From a virus (taxonomy: Duplodnaviria > Caudoviricetes), in the IMG/VR virus record IMGVR_UViG_3300037470_000100, positions 1-24,567 of that record: DNA of 24,567 nucleotides. One strand, written 5' to 3'. The notes beneath the pieces are model-generated. The model was not told where the DNA came from. It made no database searches and worked only from the letters and a program-made list of their open reading frames with translations. Shown piece by piece: positions 1 through 9,458 of the stretch. Each line of letters starts with the position of its first letter. The first letter of the stretch is position 1. The position numbers were made by a program, and so were the translations under genes.

Positions 1-48
1 GCCGGATTTTTGCGCGGTAGAAATGAGATTTCGAGAATCATCGAAATG
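1..48. other. Probable cos-proximal packaging region (terminase binding repeats)
   Basis: Non-coding DNA directly upstream of terS. It has nested inverted repeats: GAAAT(20-24)/ATTTC(28-32) and ATTTCGA(28-34)/TCGAAAT(41-47). This is where cos lies in HK97-like phages. Confidence 0.4.
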
Positions 49-62
49 TGACGAGGTGTGCG

Positions 63-506
63 ATGGCCGGGCGGCCGAGAAAACCGACGAAGCTGCACGT
101 GCTACAGGGCACGAGGCCGGGCGCGACGACACGCGACCGGGCCGCCGAGCCCGAGTGCGCGCCGCTCGGCGAGCCCCCGGCGCACTGGACCGCCGCCGTT
201 GAGGCCGGGAGCGAGTCCGAAGAGAAGGCCGCGCGCATCAAGGTTGCCATCTGGCACGAGATCGTCGCGGCCCTCCCGCCGGGCGTGATTACCGAGGCCG
301 ATCGCTTCACCGTCGAGATTGCCGTCGAGCTTCTCGTGAGGCTTCGGCTCGGGCTCACGAGCGCAGCCGAGATCGGCAACCTACAGCGTGCCCTCGCGTC
401 GCTCGGCATGACGCCCGCCGACCGCTCGAAGGTGGGCGTTAAGGGCGGCGACGCGCCGAAGGCGTCGGGGTGGGATCGGCTCGGCGCGCCGAAGGCCGGC
501 GCCTAA
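63..506 (+). CDS. terS: Terminase small subunit (P27-like)
   Basis: GAGGTG RBS before ATG63; N-terminal GRPRKPT, PPAH and C-terminal LGMTPADRSKV motifs; TAATG overlap with terL. Confidence 0.88.
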   Translation: MAGRPRKPTKLHVLQGTRPGATTRDRAAEPECAPLGEPPAHWTAAVEAGSESEEKAARIKVAIWHEIVAALPPGVITEADRFTVEIAVELLVRLRLGLTSAAEIGNLQRALASLGMTPADRSKVGVKGGDAPKASGWDRLGAPKAGA

Positions 507-2242
507 TGGCGACCGAGTCGGGGTGCGAGCCGTGGACGCCGTGCGCCCTCCCCGCGCGGACCTTCGCCGATGGCGACTTCCCGAATTGCGCCCGGGCTTG
601 GCGCTATGCCGAGCGCGTCGTGCTCGGCGAGCAACCGGCGGGTGAGTGTGTCTTCCTCGCGTGCACCCGCTTCCTTCGCGATATCGAGCGCGGCGAGTGG
701 GAGCTTCGCCCCGAGCTTGCCGAGCGCGCCATGATCTTTGCGGGGCTCCTACCGAACATCAAGGGGCCGCTCGCGGGGAAGCCGATCGAGCTTCTCGACT
801 GGCAATCCTTCATATGGCTGAACGTCTTCGGCTTCACCGACTCTGACGGCGACCGGCGCTTCCGGCAGGGCGTGGTTTACGTGCCGCGCGGCAACGGAAA
901 GACGACGGTTGCCGCGCCCCTCAGCTTCTATATGGCGTTCATGGAGGGCGAGGGCGGCGCCGAGGGCTACGCCGCCGCCGTGACGAGCGATCAGGCCCGT
1001 ATTCTCTTCGACACCATGCACCACATGCACCGGCTGACCCCGGAGCTTGAGTCTCGCTTCGGGATCAGGCGCAGCGCGAACGCGATCTATCAGGAAGGCA
1101 GCGCCTCGAATTTCCGGCCGATCGCGAGCGACGCGAAGAGCCTCGACGGGCTCAACGTGCATGTGGGCGTGCTCGACGAGATCGGCTCGCACAAGACTCC
1201 CGAGGTTTACGACGTGCTTTTGACGGCGCTCGGGAAGCGTTCGCAACCCTTCCTCTTGTCGATATCGACGGCGACCGGCAACACGACCGGAATTGGCCGC
1301 CAGCTTTGGCAATACGTCGAGAAGGTGCTTCGCGGGAAGATCAGCGACGATCGCATCTTCGGCATCCTCTATGCCGCCGACGCCGCAGACGACATTTGGA
1401 GCGTTGAGACGTGGCGCAAGGCTAACCCGTCGTGGGGCGTGGCCGTGCAGCCCGACGCGATCGTCGCCATTGCCAAGCAGGCCCGACAGTCGCCCGCCCG
1501 CGAGGCCGCATTCAAGACGCGCCACCTCAACATATGGGTTGGCGCCGACAACGCCCTCTTTCCGCTCTCGGCGTGGGAGGCGCTGGCCGATGAGTCGCTC
1601 TCGCTCGACGACTTCGAGGGGCGCGACTGCTACCTCGGGCTCGACCTCGCCACGAAAACCGACCTCGCGGCGCTCGTCTACCTCTTCCCGCCGCGCGACG
1701 GGCACGACGAGCCCTTCGTCATCTTCGCGAAGTGCTTCCTTCCCGACGCCGCGATCTCCGATGGCCGCAACGACTCATATATGGAGTGGGCGAGCACGCG
1801 CGAAATCATTGTGACGGCCGGTGACATAACCGACTTTGACGCAATCGAGCACGAGATCGTCGAGGCTAACCGCCGGTTTCGCGTTCGCGCATGTGCCTAC
1901 GATCCGTGGGCCGCGACGCAACTCGCGCAACGGATGATGGCCGCAGGGGTGGAAATGGTCGAATTTCGCGCCACGACGCAGAATTTCAGCGAGCCGACGA
2001 AAGAGCTTGACGCGCTCATTCGCTCGAAGCGCGTCGCGCATGACGGCAACGGCCCGCTCGCGTGGTGCATCGGCAACGTGGTCGGGCACTTCGACGCCCG
2101 GGGCAACGTCTATCCGCGCAAAGAGCGCCCCGAGAGCAAGATCGACGCCGCAATCGCGGCGATTATGGCGCTCGGGAAGTGCATCTTCGACGAGGGCGCG
2201 GCGGCTTCGGTATACGAAGGGCGGGGGCTTCTTCTGTTATGA
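506..2242 (+). CDS. terL: Terminase large subunit
   Basis: Walker A VPRGNGKTT, Walker B VGVLDE, coupling motif ISTA, nuclease motifs LGLDLA and KIDAAIA. Start moved to ATG506, which overlaps the terS stop. Confidence 0.97.
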   Translation: MATESGCEPWTPCALPARTFADGDFPNCARAWRYAERVVLGEQPAGECVFLACTRFLRDIERGEWELRPELAERAMIFAGLLPNIKGPLAGKPIELLDWQSFIWLNVFGFTDSDGDRRFRQGVVYVPRGNGKTTVAAPLSFYMAFMEGEGGAEGYAAAVTSDQARILFDTMHHMHRLTPELESRFGIRRSANAIYQEGSASNFRPIASDAKSLDGLNVHVGVLDEIGSHKTPEVYDVLLTALGKRSQPFLLSISTATGNTTGIGRQLWQYVEKVLRGKISDDRIFGILYAADAADDIWSVETWRKANPSWGVAVQPDAIVAIAKQARQSPAREAAFKTRHLNIWVGADNALFPLSAWEALADESLSLDDFEGRDCYLGLDLATKTDLAALVYLFPPRDGHDEPFVIFAKCFLPDAAISDGRNDSYMEWASTREIIVTAGDITDFDAIEHEIVEANRRFRVRACAYDPWAATQLAQRMMAAGVEMVEFRATTQNFSEPTKELDALIRSKRVAHDGNGPLAWCIGNVVGHFDARGNVYPRKERPESKIDAAIAAIMALGKCIFDEGAAASVYEGRGLLLL

Positions 2243-3615
2243 GCGATCGCACCACCACAGCCCCGCGCTATTCGAGCGTGCCGATCGTGCCCCGGCGCAG
2301 CGCCGAGATTGTCGCCCCGCCGGCTGGCGACGAGGCGCGCAACCTCGAAGACCCGAATCACCCGATCACCACCTCGGAGCTTTGCGACCTTTACGCCGAA
2401 GTCGGCGCGGCCGAGTCGGGCGTCTATGTCACGGGCGAAACCGCGATGCGCGTCGCGACCGTCTTCGCTTGCGTGCGGATCATTTCTCAGGCCGTCGCCA
2501 GCGTCGGGCGCGAGATCAACGAGATTGACGCCGACGGCGTGGCACGCGCCGTCACGAGCGGGGCCACTCTTCGTGCCCTCACCGTCGAGCCAAACGAGTA
2601 TATGAGCGCCTTCGACTTCTTCGTGATGATGCAGGCGCACGCCGAGTTGTGGGGCAACGGTTACGCCGCGATCGAGCGCAACGGGCGGGGCGAGGCCGTC
2701 AACCTCTTGCCGCTCATTTCTCGCCGCGTCGCGCCCGAGCGCATCAACGGGCGGCTCTTCTATCGCGTCGCCCTTATGGACACGGCCGGGGCGCTCGTGC
2801 TCCCGGCGTCCGAGGTGCTTCACATTCGCGGCGTCATGCTCGACGGGCTCGTCGGGCTGGCGCCGATCAATCAGGGGCGCCAGACGATCGGGCTCACCGA
2901 GGCGGCCGAGCGTTACGGCTCCCGCTTCTTCAAGAATGATGCCCGGCCGTCGATCGTGCTTAAGCACGAGAAGACGCTTTCGGAGGGCGCAGCGCGGCGC
3001 CTTAAGGCCGATTGGCTGGCGCGCTACTCGGGGACCAGTCAGCACTCCCCGGCGGTGCTCGAAGAGGGACTCAGCTTCGAGACGGTGGGAATCGAGCCGA
3101 ACGCGGCGCAGTTCCTAGAGACGCGGAAGTTTCAGCGGCAGGACATTGCCGCGCTCTTCGGCGTGCCGCTTTCCATGCTGGCCGACCCCGACGCGAAGAG
3201 CTACCGAAGCGGCGAGGACGACGATCGCCGCTTCACCAAGCACTCGATTTTGCCGCGCACGAAGGCGTGGGAGGGAGAGTTTAACCGCAAGCTCTTCCCC
3301 GGCCGAGGCCGCCGCGTGGCGCACGACCTTAGCGAGTTGGTGCGAGGCACCCTCAAGGATCACATCGGCGCGCTAAAAGACGGCGTGCAGAACGCCCTTA
3401 TGACGCCGAACGAGGCGCGCAAGCGCCTCGGGCTCCCGCCGATCACCGGCGGCGATCAACTCTTCCTGCAACAGAACATGGCTGGCGTTGACGCGATCGC
3501 GAACGGCACCGCCGGAAATAAGGTGCAGAACGCCGCCGGAGCCGACCCGAAAGCCCCGAAACCGGCCGACGAGGCCGCCGAAGACGAGGATTCCGACAAT
3601 GACGACGAGGAATAA
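2239..3615 (+). CDS. Portal protein, HK97 family
   Basis: TVFACVRIISQAVA, LWGNGYA, EVLHIRG..DGLVGLAPI, QFLETRKF..IAALFGVP and MTPNEAR..LGLPP motifs; ATGA overlap with terL. Confidence 0.96.
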   Translation: MSDRTTTAPRYSSVPIVPRRSAEIVAPPAGDEARNLEDPNHPITTSELCDLYAEVGAAESGVYVTGETAMRVATVFACVRIISQAVASVGREINEIDADGVARAVTSGATLRALTVEPNEYMSAFDFFVMMQAHAELWGNGYAAIERNGRGEAVNLLPLISRRVAPERINGRLFYRVALMDTAGALVLPASEVLHIRGVMLDGLVGLAPINQGRQTIGLTEAAERYGSRFFKNDARPSIVLKHEKTLSEGAARRLKADWLARYSGTSQHSPAVLEEGLSFETVGIEPNAAQFLETRKFQRQDIAALFGVPLSMLADPDAKSYRSGEDDDRRFTKHSILPRTKAWEGEFNRKLFPGRGRRVAHDLSELVRGTLKDHIGALKDGVQNALMTPNEARKRLGLPPITGGDQLFLQQNMAGVDAIANGTAGNKVQNAAGADPKAPKPADEAAEDEDSDNDDEE

Positions 3616-4237
3616 GGGCGTTCCGACGGCCGGGCCGTTGCTCGAAACCCGCATTAATGTCGGGGCCGTCGAGTTCCGCGCCAAGGGCGACGACGCCGAG
3701 GGACTCGGCACGCTCGAAGGTTACGCCGCGCTCTACGACTCGCTCTCGCTCGATCTCGGCGGCTTCCGTGAGCGGATCGCCCCCGGCGCCTTCGCCCGCG
3801 CCCTCGACGCCGACGCCGAGGTGCTCGCGCTGGCGGATCACGACCATGCGCGGCGGCTGGGCCGCAAGTCGGCGGGCTCGCTTCGGCTCTTCGACGACGC
3901 GACGGGGCTTCGTGTCGAGATCGACGTGCCAAACACCACGACCGGCCGCGACATGGCCGAAGAGGTGCGCTCGGGGCTCGTCAAGGGAATGAGCTTCGGC
4001 TTCCGCGCCCTTCGCGACGAGTGGGACGAGTCGGGCGACGAGATCATTCGCACGCTCCACGAGGTTGAGCTTTTCGAGGTGAGCGCAGTCGGCTCGCCCG
4101 CCTATCCCGATACGTCGCTCGCGAAGCGTTCGCTCGATGCGGCGCGCGCCGAGCGCGAGGCGCCGGGCGAGGCGGCCGCCCGTTCGCGGTTGCGCATGAA
4201 GATTCGGCTTTGGCTCTCCGGTGGGGCCGAAGCCTGA
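3599..4237 (+). CDS. Prohead maturation protease, HK97 family
   Basis: LEGYAALY, F.ERIAPGAF, catalytic His region ADHD, GMSFGF (Ser) and LFEVSAV..PAYPDT motifs; GAGGA upstream of ATG3599. Confidence 0.95.
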   Translation: MTTRNKGVPTAGPLLETRINVGAVEFRAKGDDAEGLGTLEGYAALYDSLSLDLGGFRERIAPGAFARALDADAEVLALADHDHARRLGRKSAGSLRLFDDATGLRVEIDVPNTTTGRDMAEEVRSGLVKGMSFGFRALRDEWDESGDEIIRTLHEVELFEVSAVGSPAYPDTSLAKRSLDAARAEREAPGEAAARSRLRMKIRLWLSGGAEA

Positions 4238-4320
4238 CGAAGCGACTCCGGCTCGCCGGGGAAGTGAGAGCGCGGCAATCCTGCCGCAAAGTGACGGCAT
4301 ATAAGAAGGAGCAATCCCAC

Positions 4321-5556
4321 ATGCCGAGGAACATCGCCGACCTGAGCGAGCGTAAGGCCAAGATCGTCGCCGAGGCTCGCACCATTCTGGACTCCATCAC
4401 CGACGACGCGACCGCCGAGGCCCGCGCCGATGGCGAGCGCAAGTTCGACGCCATGATGGCCGACGCCGACAGGATCGACGCCGACATTCGGCGCGCCGAG
4501 CAGATCGAGGCCGCCGAGCGCGCGCTCGATCAGGTGGCCGAGACTCGCGCGGGCCGCGAGAACACCTTGACCGACGAGGCCCGCGATCGCGGCGAGGCCG
4601 AGGCGCGCGCCTATATCGACTGGATGCGGCACGGCATGGCGGGCGTGAGCGACGAGTCGCGCGCCGTCATGTCCCGACTCGCCACCCGGGCGCAGGCCAC
4701 CGGCACCACCACGGCCGGCGGCTTCCTGATCCCCGAGAATTTCCGCCGGGTGCTCGAAGAGGCGAAGAAGGCGTTCGGCGGTATCCGCCCGCTGGCGACC
4801 ATCATCGCCACGAGCGACGGGCAGTCGATGTTGCTCCCGACCGTGGACGATACCGCCAACTCGGGCGTTGGCATCCTCGCCGAGAACGCGGCGGCGGGCG
4901 AGCAGGACGTGACTTTCGGGCAGGGCTCGATTGACACGTATATGTATCACTCGGGGCTCGTGCGCGTCCCGATGCAGCTTATCGAGGACTCGGCGTTCAA
5001 CCTCAACTCGCTTCTGCCTCGCCTTCTCGTCGAGCGCATCGCGCGCGCCGAGAACGCGCACTATGCGACCGGCACCGGCACGGGCCAGCCGACGGGCTTC
5101 CTCACCGGACTCCCGACCGTCGAGACGGCCGGCGTCGGCGTCGTCACCTTCGACGACCTGATCGACCTTCTGCACGCCGTCGATCCGTCCTACCGGATGG
5201 GCGCCGGGTGGGCGCTCTCCGACGGCGCCCTCAAGGTGATCCGCAAGCTCAAGGACAACGACGGCCGCCCCATCTGGCAGGAGTCGGTGCGCGCCGGCGA
5301 GCCGGGCCAGATTCTCGGCAAGCCCTATGCCGTCGTGCAGGAAATGCCCGACGTTGCGGCGGGCACGACCCCGATCGCGTTCGGCGACTTCTCGAAGTAC
5401 ATCATTCGGGACGCAGGCACGCCGATCATGCAGCGTCTCGTGGAGCGCTTCGCCGAGTACTTGCAGATCGCGTTCCACAACGCCGAGCGCCACGGTGGCG
5501 GGCTCCTGAACGCGGGCGGCAACCCGCTCAAGAAGCTCACCGTCAAGGCCGCGTAA
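4321..5556 (+). CDS. Major capsid protein, HK97 fold with N-terminal delta domain
   Basis: AAGGAG RBS; coiled-coil N-terminus; GGFLIPE, GTGTGQPTG, KLKDNDGRPIW and IAFGDFS motifs. Confidence 0.96.
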   Translation: MPRNIADLSERKAKIVAEARTILDSITDDATAEARADGERKFDAMMADADRIDADIRRAEQIEAAERALDQVAETRAGRENTLTDEARDRGEAEARAYIDWMRHGMAGVSDESRAVMSRLATRAQATGTTTAGGFLIPENFRRVLEEAKKAFGGIRPLATIIATSDGQSMLLPTVDDTANSGVGILAENAAAGEQDVTFGQGSIDTYMYHSGLVRVPMQLIEDSAFNLNSLLPRLLVERIARAENAHYATGTGTGQPTGFLTGLPTVETAGVGVVTFDDLIDLLHAVDPSYRMGAGWALSDGALKVIRKLKDNDGRPIWQESVRAGEPGQILGKPYAVVQEMPDVAAGTTPIAFGDFSKYIIRDAGTPIMQRLVERFAEYLQIAFHNAERHGGGLLNAGGNPLKKLTVKAA

Positions 5557-5563
5557 TCGGTCT

Positions 5564-5596
5564 AGGGCGGCCCTACGGGGCCGCCCTTCCCCTTTC
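5564..5596 (+). terminator. Stem-loop after the capsid gene (terminator or mRNA stabiliser)
   Basis: Perfect 10-bp stem AGGGCGGCCC/GGGCCGCCCT with a TACG (UNCG) loop, followed by the pyrimidine tract TCCCCTTT. Confidence 0.7.
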
Positions 5597-5617
5597 CTCG
5601 CGCGAAGGATCGAGCCC

Positions 5618-5959
5618 GTGAAATTCCGCATGAAGTATTCCGTCGGCGGCGCCCACGACCTCAACGGCGGCGCCGAGATCACGCCCGCCGACGTGCCCGA
5701 GGCCGTGGCCGTCCAGTGGGCGAGCGTCGGCATTGCCGAGCCGCTCGACGCCGAGGCCCGGGCCGTCGTCGCCGCGTTCGCCGCGAGCAAGCCCGACGTG
5801 AGCGGCGAGATCGAGCCGACGCCCGAGGCCAAGCCCGACCCCGACCCGGCGCCCACCGTCGATCCCGACGCCGCGAAGAAGGCCGAGCGGGCAGCGAAGG
5901 CGCGCGCCAAGCGGGCCGCGAAGAAGGCCGCCGAGGGCGGCGCCGAGGCGGCCGAGTAA
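5618..5959 (+). CDS. Small post-capsid virion/head protein of unknown function
   Basis: GAAGGA RBS; lies between capsid and adaptor genes; Pro/Asp linker and Ala/Lys-rich tail. Confidence 0.7.
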   Translation: MKFRMKYSVGGAHDLNGGAEITPADVPEAVAVQWASVGIAEPLDAEARAVVAAFAASKPDVSGEIEPTPEAKPDPDPAPTVDPDAAKKAERAAKARAKRAAKKAAEGGAEAAE

Positions 5960-5987
5960 GGCCGCCCGGTAGAGATCGGGGGACAAG

Positions 5988-6596
5988 ATGAAGCTCGTGA
6001 GCCTTGCCGACTTGAAGCTCGATCTCGGCGTCGCCGATGCGACGCACGATGCCCTTCTCGATCGCCTCAACGAGATCGCCTCGGCCGAGGTGCTCGATAT
6101 CGTGGGATATCCGGTAGAGCGCGCCGTGCGCGTGCACGCCGACTATGTGGCGACGCCCGCCCGCGCGATCTCGATCCCCTTCGCGCCCCTTCACGACGTA
6201 ACGAAGCTCGTCGTTGACGGCGTGACGTGGCTCGACACGGGCGAGGGCGTCGAGGCCGAGAAGGGCTTCGGCTTCACCCCGTGGGGCGTGATCCGCGCGC
6301 CCTACGGGAAGCGTTTCTTCCGCGAGATCGAGATCACGATCGAGAGCGGCTATTACCTCGCCGACGACGAGGGGCCGCCGGCCGTTACGCGCGATCTCCC
6401 GCTCGCCTTCGAGCGCGCCGTCGCCGAGATCATCCGCCCCCGCTTTCACGCCGTTGAGCGCGACCCGAGCGTGCGCGCCGAGGCCGTTCCGGGCGTCTAC
6501 TCGGTGACGTTCGCCGATGGCGGCGGCGGCTCGTTGAAGGCGCCACCGTCCGCCTATGACGCGCTCGCCCCCTACCGCCTCGTGAGGGTGGCGTGA
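5988..6596 (+). CDS. Head-tail adaptor (gp6/gp15-like)
   Basis: N-terminal LVSLADLKLDLGV..D.LL and C-terminal LAPYR motifs; synteny. Confidence 0.8.
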   Translation: MKLVSLADLKLDLGVADATHDALLDRLNEIASAEVLDIVGYPVERAVRVHADYVATPARAISIPFAPLHDVTKLVVDGVTWLDTGEGVEAEKGFGFTPWGVIRAPYGKRFFREIEITIESGYYLADDEGPPAVTRDLPLAFERAVAEIIRPRFHAVERDPSVRAEAVPGVYSVTFADGGGGSLKAPPSAYDALAPYRLVRVA

Positions 6597-6916
6597 GCGC
6601 GGCCGCGATCTACGCGCGCGCCTTCGCCAAGGGGGCGAGCGACTCGATCACCGTCGAGCGCGCCGACGCCAGTGCGACGGCGACGGACGTGCGCGCCAAG
6701 GTGCGCGGCCACGGCTCGGCCGAGCTTGTCGGCGCCGTCGAGTCGGCGAGCTACTCGGTGCTCGTGCTGGCGGCCGACCTCGCCGCCTTCGGTGAGCCGC
6801 GCGAGGGTGATCGCGTCTACATGCGCGGGCGTCGCTATCGGATTGACGCGGCCGACCCTCACGAGCGCTCTTCTGGCGGCGTGCCCCTCGCCTATCACCT
6901 CGACGTGAAGGGCTGA
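6593..6916 (+). CDS. Head closure / head-tail joining protein
   Basis: GTGA overlap with the adaptor gene; P.EGDRV...GRRYRI motif; synteny. Confidence 0.7.
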   Translation: MSAAAIYARAFAKGASDSITVERADASATATDVRAKVRGHGSAELVGAVESASYSVLVLAADLAAFGEPREGDRVYMRGRRYRIDAADPHERSSGGVPLAYHLDVKG

Positions 6917-6918
6917 CG

Positions 6919-7554
6919 GTGGCCGTCTCGACCCTCGACGACTTCGACGCCGAGGAAGTGGCACTCGGCGGCTTCCGCGATTGGCACGTCGCCGTCGCGA
7001 AGGAAGAGCTTCGCCGCACGGGCTGGAATCAGTGGCAGACCTTCACCGACAACCGCTTCGCGAAGCCGATCGAGAGCGTGAAGCTCTTCGGCAAGATCGA
7101 GTTTGCGAGCGAGGGCATGGCCGAGGCCGTCGCCTTCCTGTGGGCCAATCTCGATAAGCGGGCGCGGAAGATTTACGACGAGGGCGATTATATGCGCTCG
7201 ATGCGCATCTTCGTGAAGGGCGTCGGCGTTGTTACCGGCCCCGACGAGGTGCCGCCAGACGCGATCGACGTGAGCTTCTATCCGCTCGTGCCCTACGCAC
7301 GCAAGATCGAGCTAGGGCTTTCTCCGAAGGCGAAGGGCGGCGTCTACAAGCCCGCCTATCGCGCCGTGAATCGTGTCTTCGGCAAGTCGGCGAAGATCAC
7401 CTTCTCTTACACCGTGCCGCGCGACGCCGACGCGAAGGCCGTGCTCCGCAGCAATGCGCGCGGCCGGGACAAGAAGACGGGCAACCTCACGGGCTACACC
7501 GCCCCGACGCCCGTTCCGATCATCTATCTCCGGCAAGGGGGCTTCTTCCAATGA
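6919..7554 (+). CDS. Neck / tail completion protein (HK97 gp10-like position)
   Basis: PYARKIELG.S.KA..GVY motif; synteny. Confidence 0.6.
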   Translation: MAVSTLDDFDAEEVALGGFRDWHVAVAKEELRRTGWNQWQTFTDNRFAKPIESVKLFGKIEFASEGMAEAVAFLWANLDKRARKIYDEGDYMRSMRIFVKGVGVVTGPDEVPPDAIDVSFYPLVPYARKIELGLSPKAKGGVYKPAYRAVNRVFGKSAKITFSYTVPRDADAKAVLRSNARGRDKKTGNLTGYTAPTPVPIIYLRQGGFFQ

Positions 7555-7979
7555 GCGCGCGAGCGGTGCGGCAAGCCTTCCGCGACCACCTCACGACGGC
7601 GATCACCGGGGGCAGCGTGACAGCGCCCTATGTGGACACGATTAACCGCGAGGTGCGCAACGAGGATCGGCCCGACGAGTGGGTGACGCTCGCCTTCTTC
7701 CCGGCCGAGGAAGAGCCCGTCAGCATCGGGCCAGAGGGCGGCCGGCTATACCGCGAGACGGGCACCGTGTTCGCGCACGTGCTCACGCTCGCGGGCACTG
7801 GCGACGATCGGGCGGCCGAGATCGCCGACGAGATTCGCGACCTCTACAGGGCCGCGAAGCTAGCCCCGGGGCTCACGGTTGAAACCGTGTCGCCGGGTGA
7901 CACGGGCGACGGGGACGAAGACGGCAACTTCTTCCGGGCATCCGTCGAGATCACTTATCGCTTCGAGATCATCGCCTAA
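7551..7979 (+). CDS. Tail terminator protein
   Basis: ATGA overlap; G.VFAHV....GTG...A..IAD.I pattern; lies directly before the tail tube gene. Confidence 0.7.
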   Translation: MSARAVRQAFRDHLTTAITGGSVTAPYVDTINREVRNEDRPDEWVTLAFFPAEEEPVSIGPEGGRLYRETGTVFAHVLTLAGTGDDRAAEIADEIRDLYRAAKLAPGLTVETVSPGDTGDGDEDGNFFRASVEITYRFEIIA

Positions 7980-8003
7980 CGCGGAAGAAAAGGAACAATA
8001 ACA

Positions 8004-8966
8004 ATGACCGCGAACACCTCTGAGGCCGAAGTCTCCGTCGTCGAAGAGGCGACTTGGGGCACCATCCCGGCAAACCCGCCGTGGCAGCGCGTGCGCGTCA
8101 CGGGCGAGGGGCTCGTCTATGATATCGAGAACGTGACGAGCGAAGAGATCACGCCCGAGGCCGACGTTACCGACGAGGTGCAGGTCGGGGCGCAGGCGAG
8201 CGGCCCGCTCAACTTCGAGCTTACCTTCGGCGACGCCGATACGGGGCTCTTGCTGGCGCACGCGCTCCGCGCCTCGTGGGTTGCGGGCGTCGCGGCCGAC
8301 GACATGGAAGAGCTTAAGGCCGGGACCGAGAAGAAGTCTCTCTCGATCGAGAAGAAGTTTGTCGTGACCGGAGGTGACGATTACTCGCGTTATTCCGGCA
8401 TGGTCGCGAACACGCTCAATCTCACCGTGGAAGAGAAGCGGATCGTTACCGGCTCGATCGAGTTTCTCGGCAAGGGGGAGGCGACGGGCACGGCGGCGCT
8501 CGCGGGCGCAACCTACGCCGCCGCTAACATCGGCAAGCCGATCGCCGCGCCCGACGTGGCGGCGATCACCGTCGGCGGCGTCTCGGGCACCGTCTATTAC
8601 AAGTCGCTCGGCTTCACCCTCAACAATAACTGCGCGGTGCGCTCGGCGGTGGGCTCGAAGGATGCTATCGGCGTTCGCTACGGCCGGCGCGAGATCGAGG
8701 GCACGATCATCGCCTACTTCGACGCCGACACGCGCCCGCTCTATGACCGTTTCGTCGCGGGCACGGAGTCGACGCTTTCCTTCGACCTCGTGGACGAGGC
8801 GGGCGATACCTATCACGTGATTTTTCCGCGCATCAAGTATCGCACCGGGCGCAAGGTGGCCGGCGCGAACAACGAGGACGTGGTCGCCGAAATGAGCTTC
8901 CGCGCCCTTCGCGATCCCGTCACCGGGTGCGCGATCCAGATCAACCGCACGGCCGCCGGCGCGTAA
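8004..8966 (+). CDS. Major tail tube protein
   Basis: AAGGAA RBS; E.TWGT.PA.P, S.EI, G.REIEGTI.AYF and FPRIKY motifs; 320 aa. Confidence 0.88.
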   Translation: MTANTSEAEVSVVEEATWGTIPANPPWQRVRVTGEGLVYDIENVTSEEITPEADVTDEVQVGAQASGPLNFELTFGDADTGLLLAHALRASWVAGVAADDMEELKAGTEKKSLSIEKKFVVTGGDDYSRYSGMVANTLNLTVEEKRIVTGSIEFLGKGEATGTAALAGATYAAANIGKPIAAPDVAAITVGGVSGTVYYKSLGFTLNNNCAVRSAVGSKDAIGVRYGRREIEGTIIAYFDADTRPLYDRFVAGTESTLSFDLVDEAGDTYHVIFPRIKYRTGRKVAGANNEDVVAEMSFRALRDPVTGCAIQINRTAAGA

Positions 8967-8986
8967 CGCCCACGCCGATCACGAGA

Positions 8987-9016
8987 AGGGGGCGCCCGGT
9001 GCGGCGGGCGCCCCCC
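8987..9016 (+). terminator. Stem-loop after the tail tube gene
   Basis: 12-bp stem GGGGGGCGCCCG/CGGGCGCCCCCC with a 6-nt loop; no strong U tract. Confidence 0.55.
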
Positions 9017-9053
9017 CGCAACCTTCTGACCCGCAACAAGGAAGGACTCAACA

Positions 9054-9458
9054 ATGGACGTTTTCGAGAAGTTCGGCACCGACAAAGAGCTTGAGTCCGA
9101 GACGGGCATCACGCTCGTTTTCGGCGACGGGTGCACCGTCACGATCAAGCGGGCCGGCGCCAGCAACCGCAAATATGCCGAGGTGGCGAAGCGCGTCTTC
9201 AAGCCCTACCGGACTCAGATCGACGCCGACGCCCTCGACCACGACCTCGCCGTGAAGCTCTTCGCGCGCATCTACGCCGAGGCCGTCGTCACCGACTGGC
9301 AGGGGATCACCTTCAAGGGCGAGCCCATGCCCTATAGCGCCGAGAACGTGAGGAAGCTCTTCGAGGCGGCGCCCGACTTCCTCGCCCGGATCAAGGCCGA
9401 GGCCGAGAACGCGGCGAATTTCCGCGACGCCGAGCGCGAGGCCGACGCGGGAAACTGA
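9054..9458 (+). CDS. Tail assembly chaperone (lambda gpG analogue)
   Basis: AAGGA RBS; lies between tail tube and tape measure genes; ends G GGA AAC TGA. Confidence 0.85.
   Translation: MDVFEKFGTDKELESETGITLVFGDGCTVTIKRAGASNRKYAEVAKRVFKPYRTQIDADALDHDLAVKLFARIYAEAVVTDWQGITFKGEPMPYSAENVRKLFEAAPDFLARIKAEAENAANFRDAEREADAGN
9449..9455 (+). promoter_or_regulatory. -1 programmed ribosomal frameshift heptamer G_GGA_AAC
   Basis: X XXY YYZ pattern in frame just before the stop codon; the -1 frame is open through 9811. Confidence 0.85.

Noticed and set aside
470-4320. Upstream starts in the ORF track for terL (470), portal (2062), protease (3488) and capsid (4210)
   Set aside because: Downstream ATGs with an RBS or stop/start overlaps (506, 2239, 3599, 4321) fit better.
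4102-5910. Long minus-strand ORFs (602 aa here; also 749-1705, 2110-3045, 15010-16362, 19590-20711, 21361-22770)
   Set aside because: They are antisense shadows of well-supported + strand genes in high-GC DNA, with no motifs or RBS.
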